Below, piece after piece: positions 63,385-64,000 of a DNA stretch of 64,000 nt (position 1 is its first letter; each line of letters opens with the position of its first letter). Below the pieces are notes generated by a model that had not been told where the DNA came from, searched no databases, and worked only from the letters and a program-made list of their open reading frames with translations. A program made the position numbers and the translations under genes. This DNA comes from Octopus vulgaris. Lineage: Eukaryota. The stretch spans positions 129,394,001 to 129,458,000 of the forward strand of contig OX597814.1 of NCBI GenBank assembly GCA_951406725.2, in the 5' to 3' direction.

Positions 63385-63765
63385 ACCATAATCATCATCA
63401 TCATTTAACATCTGTTGTCCATACTAGCATGGGTTGGATGGTTTGACCAGGGATGATAAGTTGACTCCAGTCTGATTTGGCATGGTTTCTATGGCTTGAT
63501 GCCCTTCCTAACACCAACCACTCCAAGAGTGTATTGGGTGTTTTTACATGCCACTAGCACGGGTGCCAGTTGCGTGACACCAGTATCTGCCATGACTACA
63601 ATTTCACTTGGCTTCATGGGTCTTCTTCTCAAGCACAGCATAATGCCAAAAGTATTTGGTCATTTCTCATTGCCTCCGAGAGGGTCTCAGTCATTTATCA
63701 TTGCCTCCAAGAGGGTCTCAGTCATTTATCATTGCCTCCAAGAGGGTCTTGGTCATTTGTCATTG
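63385..63765 (-). mobile_element. RTE tail copy ending in a 31-bp tandem triplication
   Basis: Tail cassette, then tcattgcctccaagagggtctcagtcattta-like unit three times at about 63657-63765. Confidence 0.75.
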
Positions 63766-64000
63766 AAAATACAAATGCTAAAACCCTTCTGAATGGTCTT
63801 CAATGGAGATATGTAATAAAAAAAAAAAATGAAATTCATCTCCTTGAGAAGTTACATTAGATTAAGCCAACACTTTAAACAGAGCAGCTCTGCTAGGATA
63901 ATGAAAAGTAATCTAACAGTGCTTGTGACACAGTCTACCTGAGCAAGCTGCTTATCTTAGTCTATCAAGCTGTAAAAGTGGGAATGATTTTCACAGTAAA

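Overview
AT-rich, repeat-dense eukaryotic DNA, most likely an octopod cephalopod (inferred from the repeat repertoire, not from a database search). The whole window lies inside one minus-strand gene, ceramide kinase (CERK). Eight internal coding exons (58719-58453, 26339-26211, 24954-24891, 23769-23624, 19238-19164, 13270-13118, 4387-4282, 1359-1295; 1005 nt) have GT-AG boundaries and compatible phases. They splice into one open frame containing the PH domain, the RPKSLLVFINP, GGDG and IPAGSTD kinase motifs, and the CxxxCxxC motif. I found no first exon or C-terminal exons; they probably lie outside the window. The introns, one of them about 32 kb, are a mosaic of at least three tRNA-headed SINE families, about 20 copies of an RTE-LINE 3' tail ending in (GAT)n, and fragments of RTE and R4/Dong LINEs. 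They also hold a decayed mariner, hAT, piggyBac, Tc2 and Tigger-like MITEs, and Helitron-type elements. Most ORFs in the supplied track are repeat-derived noise. There are no prokaryote-type systems (no CRISPR, no operons). The best second-look candidates are: (1) short fold-back insertions from unrelated families that share an asymmetric-hairpin architecture; (2) a young RTE fragment with a PHD-type finger inside its RT region and a 3' UTR built from structured ~65-nt modules; (3) inverted-repeat pairs that would form long dsRNA in the CERK pre-mRNA; (4) a chimeric SINE that moved as one unit; and (5) a duplicated poison-microexon-like cassette. All alignments were done by eye, so repeat boundaries are approximate unless a TSD or TIR is quoted.
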